Below, piece after piece: positions 10,307 through 19,099 of a stretch of 64,000 nucleotides of DNA. Below the pieces are notes generated by a model. It made no database searches. It saw nothing but the letters and a program-made list of their open reading frames with translations, and had not been told where the DNA came from. Numbering within the stretch: the first letter of the stretch is position 1; every line of letters begins with the position of its first letter. The position numbers were made by a program, and so were the translations under genes. The stretch covers positions 754,351 to 818,350 of the forward strand of contig JBBCJC010000003.1 in assembly GCA_037189525.1 (NCBI GenBank), given 5' to 3'. This stretch comes from Gemmatimonadales bacterium (GTDB taxonomy: Bacteria; Gemmatimonadota; Gemmatimonadetes; Gemmatimonadales; GWC2-71-9).

Positions 10307-11547
10307 CCCGGTCCGTCAATGGCGCTCGTCTCCTCGACCGAATTCGGGACCTGGGGCAGATCGGCCGAGATGAGGCCGGTCGTCTCATTCGATTGGCTGG
10401 GACCGATCAGGATGGCGCGGGACGGGATCAGCTCCGGACCTGGGCGCATCAGGCGGGCCTCGCGGTCCGGGTCGATCGGATCGGAAACATGTTGCTGGTC
10501 TGGGAGGCTGGCGCCGGTGATCCCGTCATGATCGGATCGCACATCGATTCGGTCATCGATGCAGGCATCTTCGACGGGTCCTATGGCGTTCTGGCCGGCC
10601 TGGAGGTCGTGGAAACGTTGCGGGAACAGGGCGTGACGCCACGCCGGCCCGTCGTGGTCGCGGCGTTCACCAACGAGGAAGGCGTCCGGTACGCTCCCGA
10701 CATGATGGGGTCGTTGGTCTATGCGGGCGGCTTGAGCGTCGAAGAGGCGCTGGCGGCAACCGCTCCGGACGGCAACCGACTCGGCGCCGAACTCGAGCGG
10801 ATCGGCTATGCCGGCTCGGATGAGCCCGGCTGGCTTCGGCCGGCCGCGTACCTCGAACTCCACATCGAACAGGGGCCGATCCTCGAGCAGGAGCGGCTGG
10901 CCCTCGGCGCGGTCGAGAATCTCCAGGGCATCTCCTGGCAGCGGATCACGATCGACGGCACTGCGAACCATGCCGGCACGACGCCGACCTCGCTCCGCCG
11001 GGACGCCGGCTATGCCGCGGCTCGGGTGACGACGTTCCTTCGGGATCTCGCGGTGCAGTCGAACGGATCGACCGTCGCCACGGTCGGCACGATGCAGTAT
11101 GAGCCTGGGGCCATCAATGTCATCCCGGGGCGCGTCGTGTTTACGGTCGACCTGCGGAACCCGGACGAAGCCAAGCTCCAGGCCGCCGAACGCGCCCTGA
11201 GCGGATTCCTGGACGAACTGGCGGCGACAGAGCGGGTGGCGATTACGACTGAGCGCTTGTCACGTTTCGAACCAGTCCGATTCGATCCGGGCTTGGTGGA
11301 AATGATCGAGGCGGCCGCCTCGGAGCGTGGAATCCGGGCTCGGCGGATGACGTCGGGTGCAGGGCACGATGCCCAGATGATCGCCCGGATTGCGCCGGCG
11401 GCCATGATTTTCGTGCCGAGCCGCGATGGGATCAGCCACAATCCTCGCGAGTTTACATCGGATGACGAACTCGTGGCAGGTGCCAACGTTCTTCTGGACG
11501 TGACCGAACGCCTCTCGAATTTGACCGAAATAAGACCACAAGCCTGA
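10303..11547 (+). CDS. M20-family Zn-dependent amidohydrolase (allantoate / N-carbamoyl-amino-acid hydrolase type)
   Basis: GSHIDSV, FDG.YGVLAGLE, NEEG.R, ELHIEQGP, NHAGTTP, SGAGHDA and SHNP.E. ATGA overlap with cadR. Confidence 0.92.
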   Translation: MTRSVNGARLLDRIRDLGQIGRDEAGRLIRLAGTDQDGAGRDQLRTWAHQAGLAVRVDRIGNMLLVWEAGAGDPVMIGSHIDSVIDAGIFDGSYGVLAGLEVVETLREQGVTPRRPVVVAAFTNEEGVRYAPDMMGSLVYAGGLSVEEALAATAPDGNRLGAELERIGYAGSDEPGWLRPAAYLELHIEQGPILEQERLALGAVENLQGISWQRITIDGTANHAGTTPTSLRRDAGYAAARVTTFLRDLAVQSNGSTVATVGTMQYEPGAINVIPGRVVFTVDLRNPDEAKLQAAERALSGFLDELAATERVAITTERLSRFEPVRFDPGLVEMIEAAASERGIRARRMTSGAGHDAQMIARIAPAAMIFVPSRDGISHNPREFTSDDELVAGANVLLDVTERLSNLTEIRPQA

Positions 11548-11549
11548 GC

Positions 11550-11583
11550 AGTGGGGATGCTTTCCAGAGTTATCCCCACTTTT
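11550..11583 (+). terminator. Probable intrinsic terminator of the cadR-hydrolase unit
   Basis: 9-bp inverted repeat AGTGGGGAT...ATCCCCACT followed by a T run, just after the stop codon. Confidence 0.55.
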
Positions 11584-11593
11584 CCACCAAATA

Positions 11594-11621
11594 ACTTAAC
11601 ATAATACATCTTATACGACAT
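11594..11621 (-). other. dif: XerC/XerD dif-like recombination site
   Basis: The minus strand reads ATGTCGTATAA-GATGTA-TTATGTTAAGT: an 11-6-11 layout whose XerD arm is one mismatch from TTATGTTAAAT. It lies in an AT-rich intergenic spot where gene orientation converges. Confidence 0.85.
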
Positions 11622-11793
11622 TTATATGAACAGAAGAAGCCGCCATAGTCGCCCCCTAGGGCCTCGATAGTGTCTGGCTCGGTGGCTTGGATTGCTTCAC
11701 CGCACATGTTCTTGAAAGTGTGCCCGACCGCGCCCCGCATGGCTAACCCGGCAGACGCAGCAACGAAAAAGCCCTGGATCTCGGCTGGGCTTC

Positions 11794-12104
11794 CAGCTGA
11801 TCGCGTCGAGCTCGGCCAGTCGGACCCAGGCCTCGGCGGTTCCGGGTGTCCTTTCGGACGTGCCGCGCTCCGCCCCAGATCCGGCTCGCAAAGGCAGCCG
11901 ATTCGATCGGTGCGCCCTACACCCGCTCAGACGACATCGATCGCCCGACAGCGGCGCAACGAATCCACTGGAACGCCAGCCTTCCTGAACGAAAAAGCCC
12001 CGGACGGCGTGAGCGTCCGGGGCCTGTCCACTTCCGCCTGGCTGCTTCAGCTGATCGCGTCGAGCTCGGCCAGTCGGACCCGGGCCTCTGCGGTTCCGGG
12101 CGTC
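11794..12104. repeat. 57-bp direct repeat (11794-11850 vs 12048-12104) duplicating the 3' end of the TPR gene
   Basis: The two copies differ at 3 of 57 positions. Each is also preceded on + by AACGAAAAAGCCC (11762 and 11988). Confidence 0.9.
11988..12023 (-). terminator. Intrinsic terminator of the TPR gene
   Basis: GCCCCGGACG-loop-CGTCCGGGGC followed by TTTTTCGTT on the minus strand. Confidence 0.85.
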
Positions 12105-12742
12105 TCATCCTTGTTGTTCTTGACGATACCTTCGAGGATGCTCCGAGCCTCGGCCGTATTACCCTGAGCCCGATAGGTCCTGGCGGCGTTGAGGAGCGCG
12201 TCGTTCTTCTGGTACGGCGCCGTGGACAGCTCAGCCGCTTTGACGTACTCAGCTGCCGCTTCGGCGACCTTCCCGGTGTTTTCGAGGGCGACCGCCAGAT
12301 GCGAGTGCGCAGCCGACTTGTAGTACGCCGGCGGGTTGCTCGCGATGAACTTGCGCAAGTCTTCAATGGCGAGCTCGGCCTGACCCGACAGGAGCCGGAC
12401 CTGACCCAGGGCCAGCGACGCCTCGAGGCTGGCGTCGGTGCCGCTGAAGGTTTCCGTGATACGCTGGAACGCCGTGGCGGCGTCCGCATAGCTCCCGGCT
12501 TCCATCGAACCGCGCGCCTGATCGAGGGCGTCGAACGCCTGGGCCTGCTTGCGCCGCCCGCTCTCCATGACGTACCACCCGGCCAGCACCAGGAGGACCA
12601 GGACGCCGGCAACGATGCCGATCACCTTCTGCCGAGCCTGCACCCACGCAACGAACTGATTGTCGGTATCGGTCATATGTCGGTCGACGCGTTCTACGGC
12701 GCTTGATCCCATCGTGGTATGTGATTGTGTGGTCGAGGCCAT
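12047..12742 (-). CDS. Membrane-anchored tetratricopeptide-repeat protein (YfgM-like)
   Basis: A single TM segment (VIGIVAGVLVLLVLAGWY) followed by TPR-like helices. The start could be 12742 or a later Met. Confidence 0.8.
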   Translation of the reverse strand: MASTTQSHTTMGSSAVERVDRHMTDTDNQFVAWVQARQKVIGIVAGVLVLLVLAGWYVMESGRRKQAQAFDALDQARGSMEAGSYADAATAFQRITETFSGTDASLEASLALGQVRLLSGQAELAIEDLRKFIASNPPAYYKSAAHSHLAVALENTGKVAEAAAEYVKAAELSTAPYQKNDALLNAARTYRAQGNTAEARSILEGIVKNNKDETPGTAEARVRLAELDAIS

Positions 12743-12819
12743 CGAGTCCGGCAGGCCTGTCGTCTATGTCGCCAGCCCGTCCGCCACTGACGTAGCCCTG
12801 CAATATAACCTCATGCGAG

Positions 12820-12893
12820 TGCCCCCGAGAGGATTCGAACCTCCGGCCAACGGTTTAGGAAACCGCTGCTCTATCCAGCTGAGCTACGGGGGC
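12820..12893 (-). tRNA. tRNA-Arg (anticodon CCT)
   Basis: GCCCCCGTAGCTCAGCTGGATAGAGCAGCGGTTTCCTAAACCGTTGGCCGGAGGTTCGAATCCTCTCGGGGGCA cloverleaf. CCA is not encoded. Confidence 0.97.
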
Positions 12894-13296
12894 GCTGGGC
12901 GACGCAGAAATCGAACAATCTCAAAAATACCACATCCCAGACGGCGACGCAGCATTCCACGGCATGGGAGCCAGGCGGCTCGAGCAGCGCGACCGCTCAG
13001 GTCCCAGACAGCCGTTGAATGTGCCTGCCGCGACCGCGGGCCACAGCAGCCGGTTCGTTCTCCTGCACTCCGTTCAGCGCCCGCCGGGATCAAGCGTTTA
13101 GTTCCCAACCTGCACTTAGGCCCCGGAGGCACCCGGCTCCGCATCCGGCCCCACGAATGGCGCGGCCAGGAGGCGTTAAATCGCCCTGCCGCGCTACAGC
13201 TACCTTCGTCAAGCGTTAAACGCAATAATTAGCTTGAAACTGACAGCTCAAAGCAAGGTGTTGCAATAGTTTACTGTGTTGTCTTCAACCGAAATA

Positions 13297-13953
13297 TCAA
13301 GAAGGCTCAGTGGCGTTTTTCTCTCGCCGGGCCTTGATGGCCTCGATCACGACCGGCATGACCGACAGGATGATGATCGCGATGATGACCATCCCGAAGT
13401 TCTCCCGGACGAACGGCAGGTTCCCGAAAAAGTAGCCCAGCCAGACAAACAGGCCGACCCAGACCACCGCCCCGATCACGTTGTAGGTCAGGAACCTGGA
13501 GTAGTGCATCGTCCCCACTCCGGCCACGAACGGCGCGAAGGTCCGGACGATGGGAACGAATCGGGCCAGGATGATGGTCTTCCCGCCGTGCTTCGCAAAG
13601 AAGGCATGGGTCCGGTCGAGATACTCTTTCTTGAGCCACCGGACTTCCCCACTGAACGCCCGCGGGCCGATCCACGATCCGATCCAGTAGTTGACGGTGT
13701 CACCGATGATGGCCATCGCGGTGAGCAGGAAGAACAGGACCCACGGATTGAGCGATCCGAGCCCCGCGAACGCGCCGGCGGCAAACAGGAGCGAATCACC
13801 GGGTAGGAGCGGCATGACCACCAGGCCGGTCTCCGCAAAGATGATCAGCGCCAGGATGACGTACGTCCCGGTACCGTACCGGCTGATCAACTCCCCGAGA
13901 TGCTGGTCCAGATGGATGATGAAGTCGATCAGAAAGCGAAACAGGTCGATCAC
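13297..13953 (-). CDS. dedA: DedA-family membrane protein
   Basis: Motifs FAETGL, LPGDSLLF, GDTVNY and ARFVPIVRTFAPFVAG. Confidence 0.93.
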   Translation of the reverse strand: MIDLFRFLIDFIIHLDQHLGELISRYGTGTYVILALIIFAETGLVVMPLLPGDSLLFAAGAFAGLGSLNPWVLFFLLTAMAIIGDTVNYWIGSWIGPRAFSGEVRWLKKEYLDRTHAFFAKHGGKTIILARFVPIVRTFAPFVAGVGTMHYSRFLTYNVIGAVVWVGLFVWLGYFFGNLPFVRENFGMVIIAIIILSVMPVVIEAIKARREKNATEPS

Positions 13954-13968
13954 GATGCGTGTCTCAGC

Positions 13969-14640
13969 TCAGGAGGAGGAATCGAAGCCGAACTGCCCGA
14001 GCAGCGGCACGAAGCGGACACCCGACAGCGGTGTCTCGATGTACTGGTCGCCCTTCCGCTCGACCCGGACCAGCGTCTGCTCCTCGCGGTTGCCGATCGG
14101 GACGACCATCCGTCCTCCGGGCGCGAGTTGTTCGAGCAATGGCTTCGGGATGGATGGCGAGGCCGCGGCAACCACGATGGCATCGAATGGCGCCAGCGAC
14201 CGCCAGCCCAGGGTGCCGTCGCCGACGACGATCGTCACGTTCCGGATCCCCAGATCCCGGATCACATTCCGCGCCTGCTCCGCCAGCGCGGCCACCCGTT
14301 CGATCCCGACGACGTTCCCGGCCAACTGGCTGAGCAACGCCGTCTGGTAGCCGGAACCGGCGCCGACCTCGAGCACCTTCTCTTTGCCGGTCAGACCCAG
14401 TTCCTGAATCGATCGGGCCTGCACCCACGGCTGCGAGATGGTCTGGCCCGCCGCAATCGGGAGCGCCGAATCCTCGTACGATCGGTGCCGCACCCCTTCC
14501 GGTACGAACCGATGCCGAGGAACCGAGGCAATGGCTTTGAGCACCGCGAGGTCGCGAATGCCCTTGTCTTGCAGCTGTTCGACCAGCCGCTGACGGTACC
14601 CACCATAACTGTCCCGCTCGTTCAAGGCTCGAGCGCCCAT
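13969..14640 (-). CDS. pcm: Protein-L-isoaspartate O-methyltransferase
   Basis: VPRHRF, GQTISQP, VLEVGAGSGYQ, GDGTLGW, PFDAI and FVPL, directly downstream of surE. Start is approximate. Confidence 0.95.
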   Translation of the reverse strand: MGARALNERDSYGGYRQRLVEQLQDKGIRDLAVLKAIASVPRHRFVPEGVRHRSYEDSALPIAAGQTISQPWVQARSIQELGLTGKEKVLEVGAGSGYQTALLSQLAGNVVGIERVAALAEQARNVIRDLGIRNVTIVVGDGTLGWRSLAPFDAIVVAAASPSIPKPLLEQLAPGGRMVVPIGNREEQTLVRVERKGDQYIETPLSGVRFVPLLGQFGFDSSS

Positions 14641-15371
14641 TCGCTCACGGCCTCCATGAGGCGGTAGTTGGTGAGATCCATATGGAGAGGCGTAATGGAA
14701 ATGTAGCCTTGATGGACGGCCGCCTGATCGGAGTCCGGATCGACCGTCCAGGTCACGTCCCCGCCGCCGACCCAGAAGACTTCCCGGCCCCACGGGTCCA
14801 TCATCTTGGTAATCGATCCGGAAAAATAACGGCTGCCCAGCTTGGTCACTTTGACCCCGCGCACATCCTCCGCTGGAATCTGTGGCAGGTTGATGTTGAG
14901 CAGGGTCTCCTTCGGGAAGTTGCGGATCTCGGTGATCTGACGGATCAGGCGGACCAGGGTGACGTGATAGGTCTCCATCAGCGCCGGATCACGCCCGGCA
15001 AACGAAAAGGCAATCCCGGGCACGCCTAACGTCACGGCCTCCATGGCGGCGGACACGGTGCCCGAATACAGCACGTCCTCGCCCATGTTGGGACCGTGGT
15101 TGATCCCTGAGAACACGAAGTCGGGCTTCTCGTTCATCAGCGCGCTGATCCCGAGCAGGACGCAGTCGGTCGGAGTGCCGTCGATCTGGTACGCCCCGTC
15201 ATGGGTCAGCGCCGGCCGGAGCGGACGATGGAGCGTGAGCGAGTGGGAGGTGCCGCTCTGCTCCCGATCGGGAGCGACGACCGTAACCGTACCGACTTCG
15301 CGGCAGGCGTTGGCGAGATGCCGGATGCCCGGGGCCAGAATGCCATCGTCGTTGGAGACCAGAATCCGCAT
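14622..15371 (-). CDS. surE: 5'/3'-nucleotidase SurE
   Basis: MRILVSNDDG, GTPTDCV, SGINHGPN and YSGTV.AA.E. Confidence 0.97.
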   Translation of the reverse strand: MRILVSNDDGILAPGIRHLANACREVGTVTVVAPDREQSGTSHSLTLHRPLRPALTHDGAYQIDGTPTDCVLLGISALMNEKPDFVFSGINHGPNMGEDVLYSGTVSAAMEAVTLGVPGIAFSFAGRDPALMETYHVTLVRLIRQITEIRNFPKETLLNINLPQIPAEDVRGVKVTKLGSRYFSGSITKMMDPWGREVFWVGGGDVTWTVDPDSDQAAVHQGYISITPLHMDLTNYRLMEAVSEWALEP

Positions 15372-15374
15372 GGG

Positions 15375-15767
15375 TCAGTCGGCTCCTTCGCCGCCGGTCG
15401 CGGGCCGTTTCGGTGGACGCCCGTCGAGAGTATCGAGAATGGATTGAATCGCGGCGTCGAGTTCGTCGACCGCCTGCTGGGCAACGGCACGCCCGGCTTC
15501 TTTCTTGAGTTCACCGGTCCGGCGGAAATGTTCGACCCGCTGCCGGGCACCTTCGATGGTGTACTTCTCGGTGTACAAGAGATGTTTGACCAGCAGGATC
15601 ATCTCGACTTCGCGGCTCTTGTAGACCCGGTTGCCGGACCGGTTTTTGGCCGGACTCAGGAAGCGAAACTGACTTTCCCAGTAGCGCAGGACATGCGGTT
15701 TGAGGTCGGTCAGTGCGCAGACTTCACCGATCGAGAAGAACTCCTGCATCGGGCGGGACTGGTTCAC
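15375..15767 (-). CDS. MerR-family HTH regulator
   Basis: FSIGEV...KPHVLRYWESQF..L.P.KNRSGNRVY...LLY...YTIEGAR. GTG at 15767 overlaps the gpsA stop. Confidence 0.9.
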   Translation of the reverse strand: MNQSRPMQEFFSIGEVCALTDLKPHVLRYWESQFRFLSPAKNRSGNRVYKSREVEMILLVKHLLYTEKYTIEGARQRVEHFRRTGELKKEAGRAVAQQAVDELDAAIQSILDTLDGRPPKRPATGGEGAD

Positions 15768-16762
15768 GTCCACTGCTCCGGTTTGAGGGCGCGTTCCATC
15801 AGGGCGCTGATCGCATCGCGCGGCGTGGTATGGGCGCGGAGGACGTCCGCGACCTGCGCAATGATCGGCAGCTCGACGCCGTACCGCTCCGCCAGACGTA
15901 CCGCGGCCGGCGCCGTGGTAGCGCCTTCCGCGACGGTCCGATGCTGCCGCCGGTGCTGTTCCAGCGTTTCTCCCTGAGCAATGGCGATTCCGAGCGCCCG
16001 GTTCCTGCTCAGCGCTCCGGTAGTCGTGAGGACCAGATCGCCCATTCCGGCGAGTCCGGCAAAGGTGCCCGGGTCGGCGCCCATCGCGGCGCCCAGACGC
16101 GCGATCTCCGCGAGCCCGCGCGTGATCAGCGCCGCGCGCGGATTGTGGCCCAGCCCCAACCCTTCGAGGATACCCGCCGCAATGGCAATCGCGTTCTTGA
16201 GCGCCCCCGCCAGCTGCGTACCTACCACGTCGGTGTTGGAGTAGACCCTGAAGTATCGCGTCACGAAGAGTTCCTGCACCGCCTGCGCCGCCGCCAGGTC
16301 GTGCGCAGCAGCTACCACGGCCGTGGGCTGCTGCTGATACACCTCGCGCGCAAAACTCGGCCCGGACAGAACGACGAAACGGTGTGGGGGCAGCACGGCC
16401 GCCGCGACTTGGGACATCAGGTCGAGGGTCTCCGTCTCTAACCCTTTGGTCGCGCTGGCCACCAAAGCGTCCGGCGCCAACGCACTCTTGACGGACTCGA
16501 AGACTCGGCGCGCGACGTGACTGGGAGACGCCATCACCACACAATCCGCCGCGTCGACCGCAGTAACGGGATCGGCGACGGCAGTGAGACTCGGACTGAG
16601 AGGCGCGTCGTTCAGATAGATGGCGTTGACGTGGGTCTCATTGATGGCCGCAACCACCTCCGGCTCATAGGCCCAGAGCCTGACGTCGTGCCCTTTCCGC
16701 GAGAGCAGATCGGCGAGGGCCGTTCCCCAGCTACCGGCGCCCAGGACTCCGATGCGGCTCAT
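15764..16762 (-). CDS. gpsA: NAD(P)H-dependent glycerol-3-phosphate dehydrogenase
   Basis: GAGSWGTALA, TKGLE, LSGPSFA.EV, GALKN, GLAGMGDL, SRN and AEG. ATG at 16762. Confidence 0.96.
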   Translation of the reverse strand: MSRIGVLGAGSWGTALADLLSRKGHDVRLWAYEPEVVAAINETHVNAIYLNDAPLSPSLTAVADPVTAVDAADCVVMASPSHVARRVFESVKSALAPDALVASATKGLETETLDLMSQVAAAVLPPHRFVVLSGPSFAREVYQQQPTAVVAAAHDLAAAQAVQELFVTRYFRVYSNTDVVGTQLAGALKNAIAIAAGILEGLGLGHNPRAALITRGLAEIARLGAAMGADPGTFAGLAGMGDLVLTTTGALSRNRALGIAIAQGETLEQHRRQHRTVAEGATTAPAAVRLAERYGVELPIIAQVADVLRAHTTPRDAISALMERALKPEQWT

Positions 16763-17376
16763 GGGCGTCCCTCCGCGCGCGCGGCCCGTTTGCCGAACCG
16801 GTTCTCGGTGCCGGAGAGGAGCCGTTTGATGTTGGCGCGATGGGTGACCACTACGAACGCACCGAGTGCCACGAAGAGCCAGATTGCCGACCGGAGTTCG
16901 GGATTCAGAACCCACACCGCAATCGGCAGGATCACCGCCGCGACGATGCTGCCCAGCGAGACATAGCCGGAGATCCGGACCAGCAGCGCCCAGACCGCGA
17001 CCGCCACCAGGGTCGGTAGCGGCGCCAGGCCGAGTACCACACCGGCGGCGGTCGCGACTCCCTTCCCGCCCTTGAATCGGACGAACACGCTGAACACGTG
17101 CCCGATGATGGCGGCAAACCCCAGCAGTAACGCAATGCCGAGAGTTCCGCCTGCATAGGGAGCGAAGAGGAGGACCGGCACCGCTCCCTTGGCAATGTCG
17201 ACCAGCGCGACCGGGATCGCGTAACGCCATCCGAGTGTGCGGTAGAGATTGGTCGACCCCAGGTTGCCGCTGCCGACCTGGCGAAGATCGATGCCCTTGG
17301 CCAGGCGCGCCACGAGGTAGCTGGTCGGGATTGCCCCGAGCAGATACGACGCGCCGAGCCAGAGGGCGAGGGTCAT
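16759..17376 (-). CDS. plsY: Glycerol-3-phosphate acyltransferase PlsY
   Basis: YLLGAIP, GSGNLGSTN, DIAKG, GH.FS.F..FKGGKGVAT and HRANI.RL..GTE. Confidence 0.96.
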   Translation of the reverse strand: MTLALWLGASYLLGAIPTSYLVARLAKGIDLRQVGSGNLGSTNLYRTLGWRYAIPVALVDIAKGAVPVLLFAPYAGGTLGIALLLGFAAIIGHVFSVFVRFKGGKGVATAAGVVLGLAPLPTLVAVAVWALLVRISGYVSLGSIVAAVILPIAVWVLNPELRSAIWLFVALGAFVVVTHRANIKRLLSGTENRFGKRAARAEGRP

Positions 17377-18695
17377 CGGCTGCCTTTACGAGCCCGGATC
17401 TTGAGGCGGAGCGGCACGCCCGAAAAGGCCCAGGCCTCCCGGAACCCCTTGGTCAGGTAGCGGACGTAATGATCCGGAACATCATCGGGCCGGTTGCTGA
17501 TCAGCGCAAACGTCGGCGGCGCTATCGCAATCTGTGACGCGTAGAGGAGACGGACCTCTTCTCCGTTCTTTTGCGGCGGCTGGTTCCGGGCCAGCAGATT
17601 CTCCAGCACCTTGTTGACCTCGGCGGTCGGAATCCGGCGAGTCCGCGCTTCGGCAACTTCGAGGATCGAGTCGAGGACCTTACGCGCCCGCTGGCCCGTT
17701 ACGGCCGACAGGTAGATGAACGGAACGTCCGCCAGAAACGGCGCCTTCTCGACGACGATGGCATGACCGCGCACCGCGGTGTTGGCGTCCTTCTCGTCGA
17801 CCAGGTCCCACTTGTTGACGGCAATCACCAGCCCCTTGCCGCGCTCCCACGCGTCGGTCGCGATCCGAAGATCCTGATGATGGACACCCTGCGCGGCGTC
17901 GATCACCAGCACACAGACATGCGAGTCCTCGATGGCCCGGCTGGTCCGCACCGTCGAGTAGAACTCGACATCGTCGTTGACCCGCGACTTCCGCCGAAGG
18001 CCCGCCGTATCCACGAACCGGATGGTCCGGTTGTGGTAGGCCATCACCGAGTCGATCGCGTCGCGGGTCGTACCGGCCATCGGGGATACGACGTGGCGAT
18101 CTTCGCCGAGGAGCCGATTGGCGAGCGACGACTTGCCGACGTTGGGTCGCCCGACGATGGCAACCCGAACTTCCTCGGACGCCTCGATGTCTTCGGCCGG
18201 CGGCAGGCGATCGACGACCGCGTCGAGCAGGTCGCCGCTGCCTTTGCCGACGGCCGCCGATACCGGGACGGGGTCGCCCAGACCGAGCGAGTAGAACTCG
18301 GGGTCCGGCGACTCGCGCGGCATATTGTCGAGCTTGTTGGCCACCAGGAGCACCGGGCGCCGGGACCGGCGAAGGTACTCGGCCACCGCCTGGTCGATCG
18401 GATGGAACCCTTCCCGGCTGTCCACCACGAACATGATCAGGTCGGCCTCTTCGATTGCCAGCTCGGCCTGGCGTCGGATGGCGCGATCCATCGAGTCCTG
18501 CGAGTCGGGCACCATCCCGCCCGTGTCGACCACCCAGAACGAACGCCCGTTCCACTCGGCGTCGCCGAAGTGTCGATCGCGCGTCGTGCCCGCCTGGTCG
18601 GCCACGATTGCCATTCGACCCCCGATGAGCCGATTGAAGAGCGTCGATTTGCCCACGTTGGGGCGACCGACGATGGCAACGGTTGGCTTACTCAT
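17373..18695 (-). CDS. der: Ribosome biogenesis GTPase Der (EngA)
   Basis: Two GRPNVGKS G-domains, GTTRD twice, DTGG/DTAG, NKLD/NKWD and a KH-like tail. Confidence 0.97.
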   Translation of the reverse strand: MSKPTVAIVGRPNVGKSTLFNRLIGGRMAIVADQAGTTRDRHFGDAEWNGRSFWVVDTGGMVPDSQDSMDRAIRRQAELAIEEADLIMFVVDSREGFHPIDQAVAEYLRRSRRPVLLVANKLDNMPRESPDPEFYSLGLGDPVPVSAAVGKGSGDLLDAVVDRLPPAEDIEASEEVRVAIVGRPNVGKSSLANRLLGEDRHVVSPMAGTTRDAIDSVMAYHNRTIRFVDTAGLRRKSRVNDDVEFYSTVRTSRAIEDSHVCVLVIDAAQGVHHQDLRIATDAWERGKGLVIAVNKWDLVDEKDANTAVRGHAIVVEKAPFLADVPFIYLSAVTGQRARKVLDSILEVAEARTRRIPTAEVNKVLENLLARNQPPQKNGEEVRLLYASQIAIAPPTFALISNRPDDVPDHYVRYLTKGFREAWAFSGVPLRLKIRARKGSR

Positions 18696-18872
18696 AAATG
18701 GACTTCGATCGCGTCAGACGGTGACCCGAGCCGATCCGACGGCACGGTGAGCGGTGCGCCGCCGGGCGGGCATCCCTACTTCCAAAGATGCACGTATAGC
18801 TTTGTTTTTTCAATACTTAGCACTTCATCTCTCATCTCGTTTCGAGGCACACGTTGATACGAGATCGTGCTG

Positions 18873-18916
18873 AAAACACAAACGCCACCCGGTTACAGGG
18901 TGGCGTCGTGGGTTTT
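18873..18916 (-). terminator. Hairpin / probable terminator after tRNA-Gly
   Basis: ACGCCACCC-loop-GGGTGGCGT stem flanked by A and T runs. Confidence 0.65.
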
Positions 18917-18924
18917 GCGCAGAG

Positions 18925-18997
<73 letters not shown>

Positions 18998-19099
18998 AGG
19001 GTTGAACGGCCGGAAAGATTGCCCGGCCTGAGGCTGAGAGCAAGAGGCGCCGACCCGTTTCCGAATCGGCGCCTCACCACTCACCTGCTCAGTCGCTGC

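Noticed and set aside
11560..11590. DnaA-box-like 9-mers (TTATCCCCA, TTTTCCACC) suggesting oriC
   Set aside because: Only two imperfect matches, one inside a terminator stem. Genes converge here rather than diverge, no dnaA/dnaN is nearby, and a dif-like site is adjacent.
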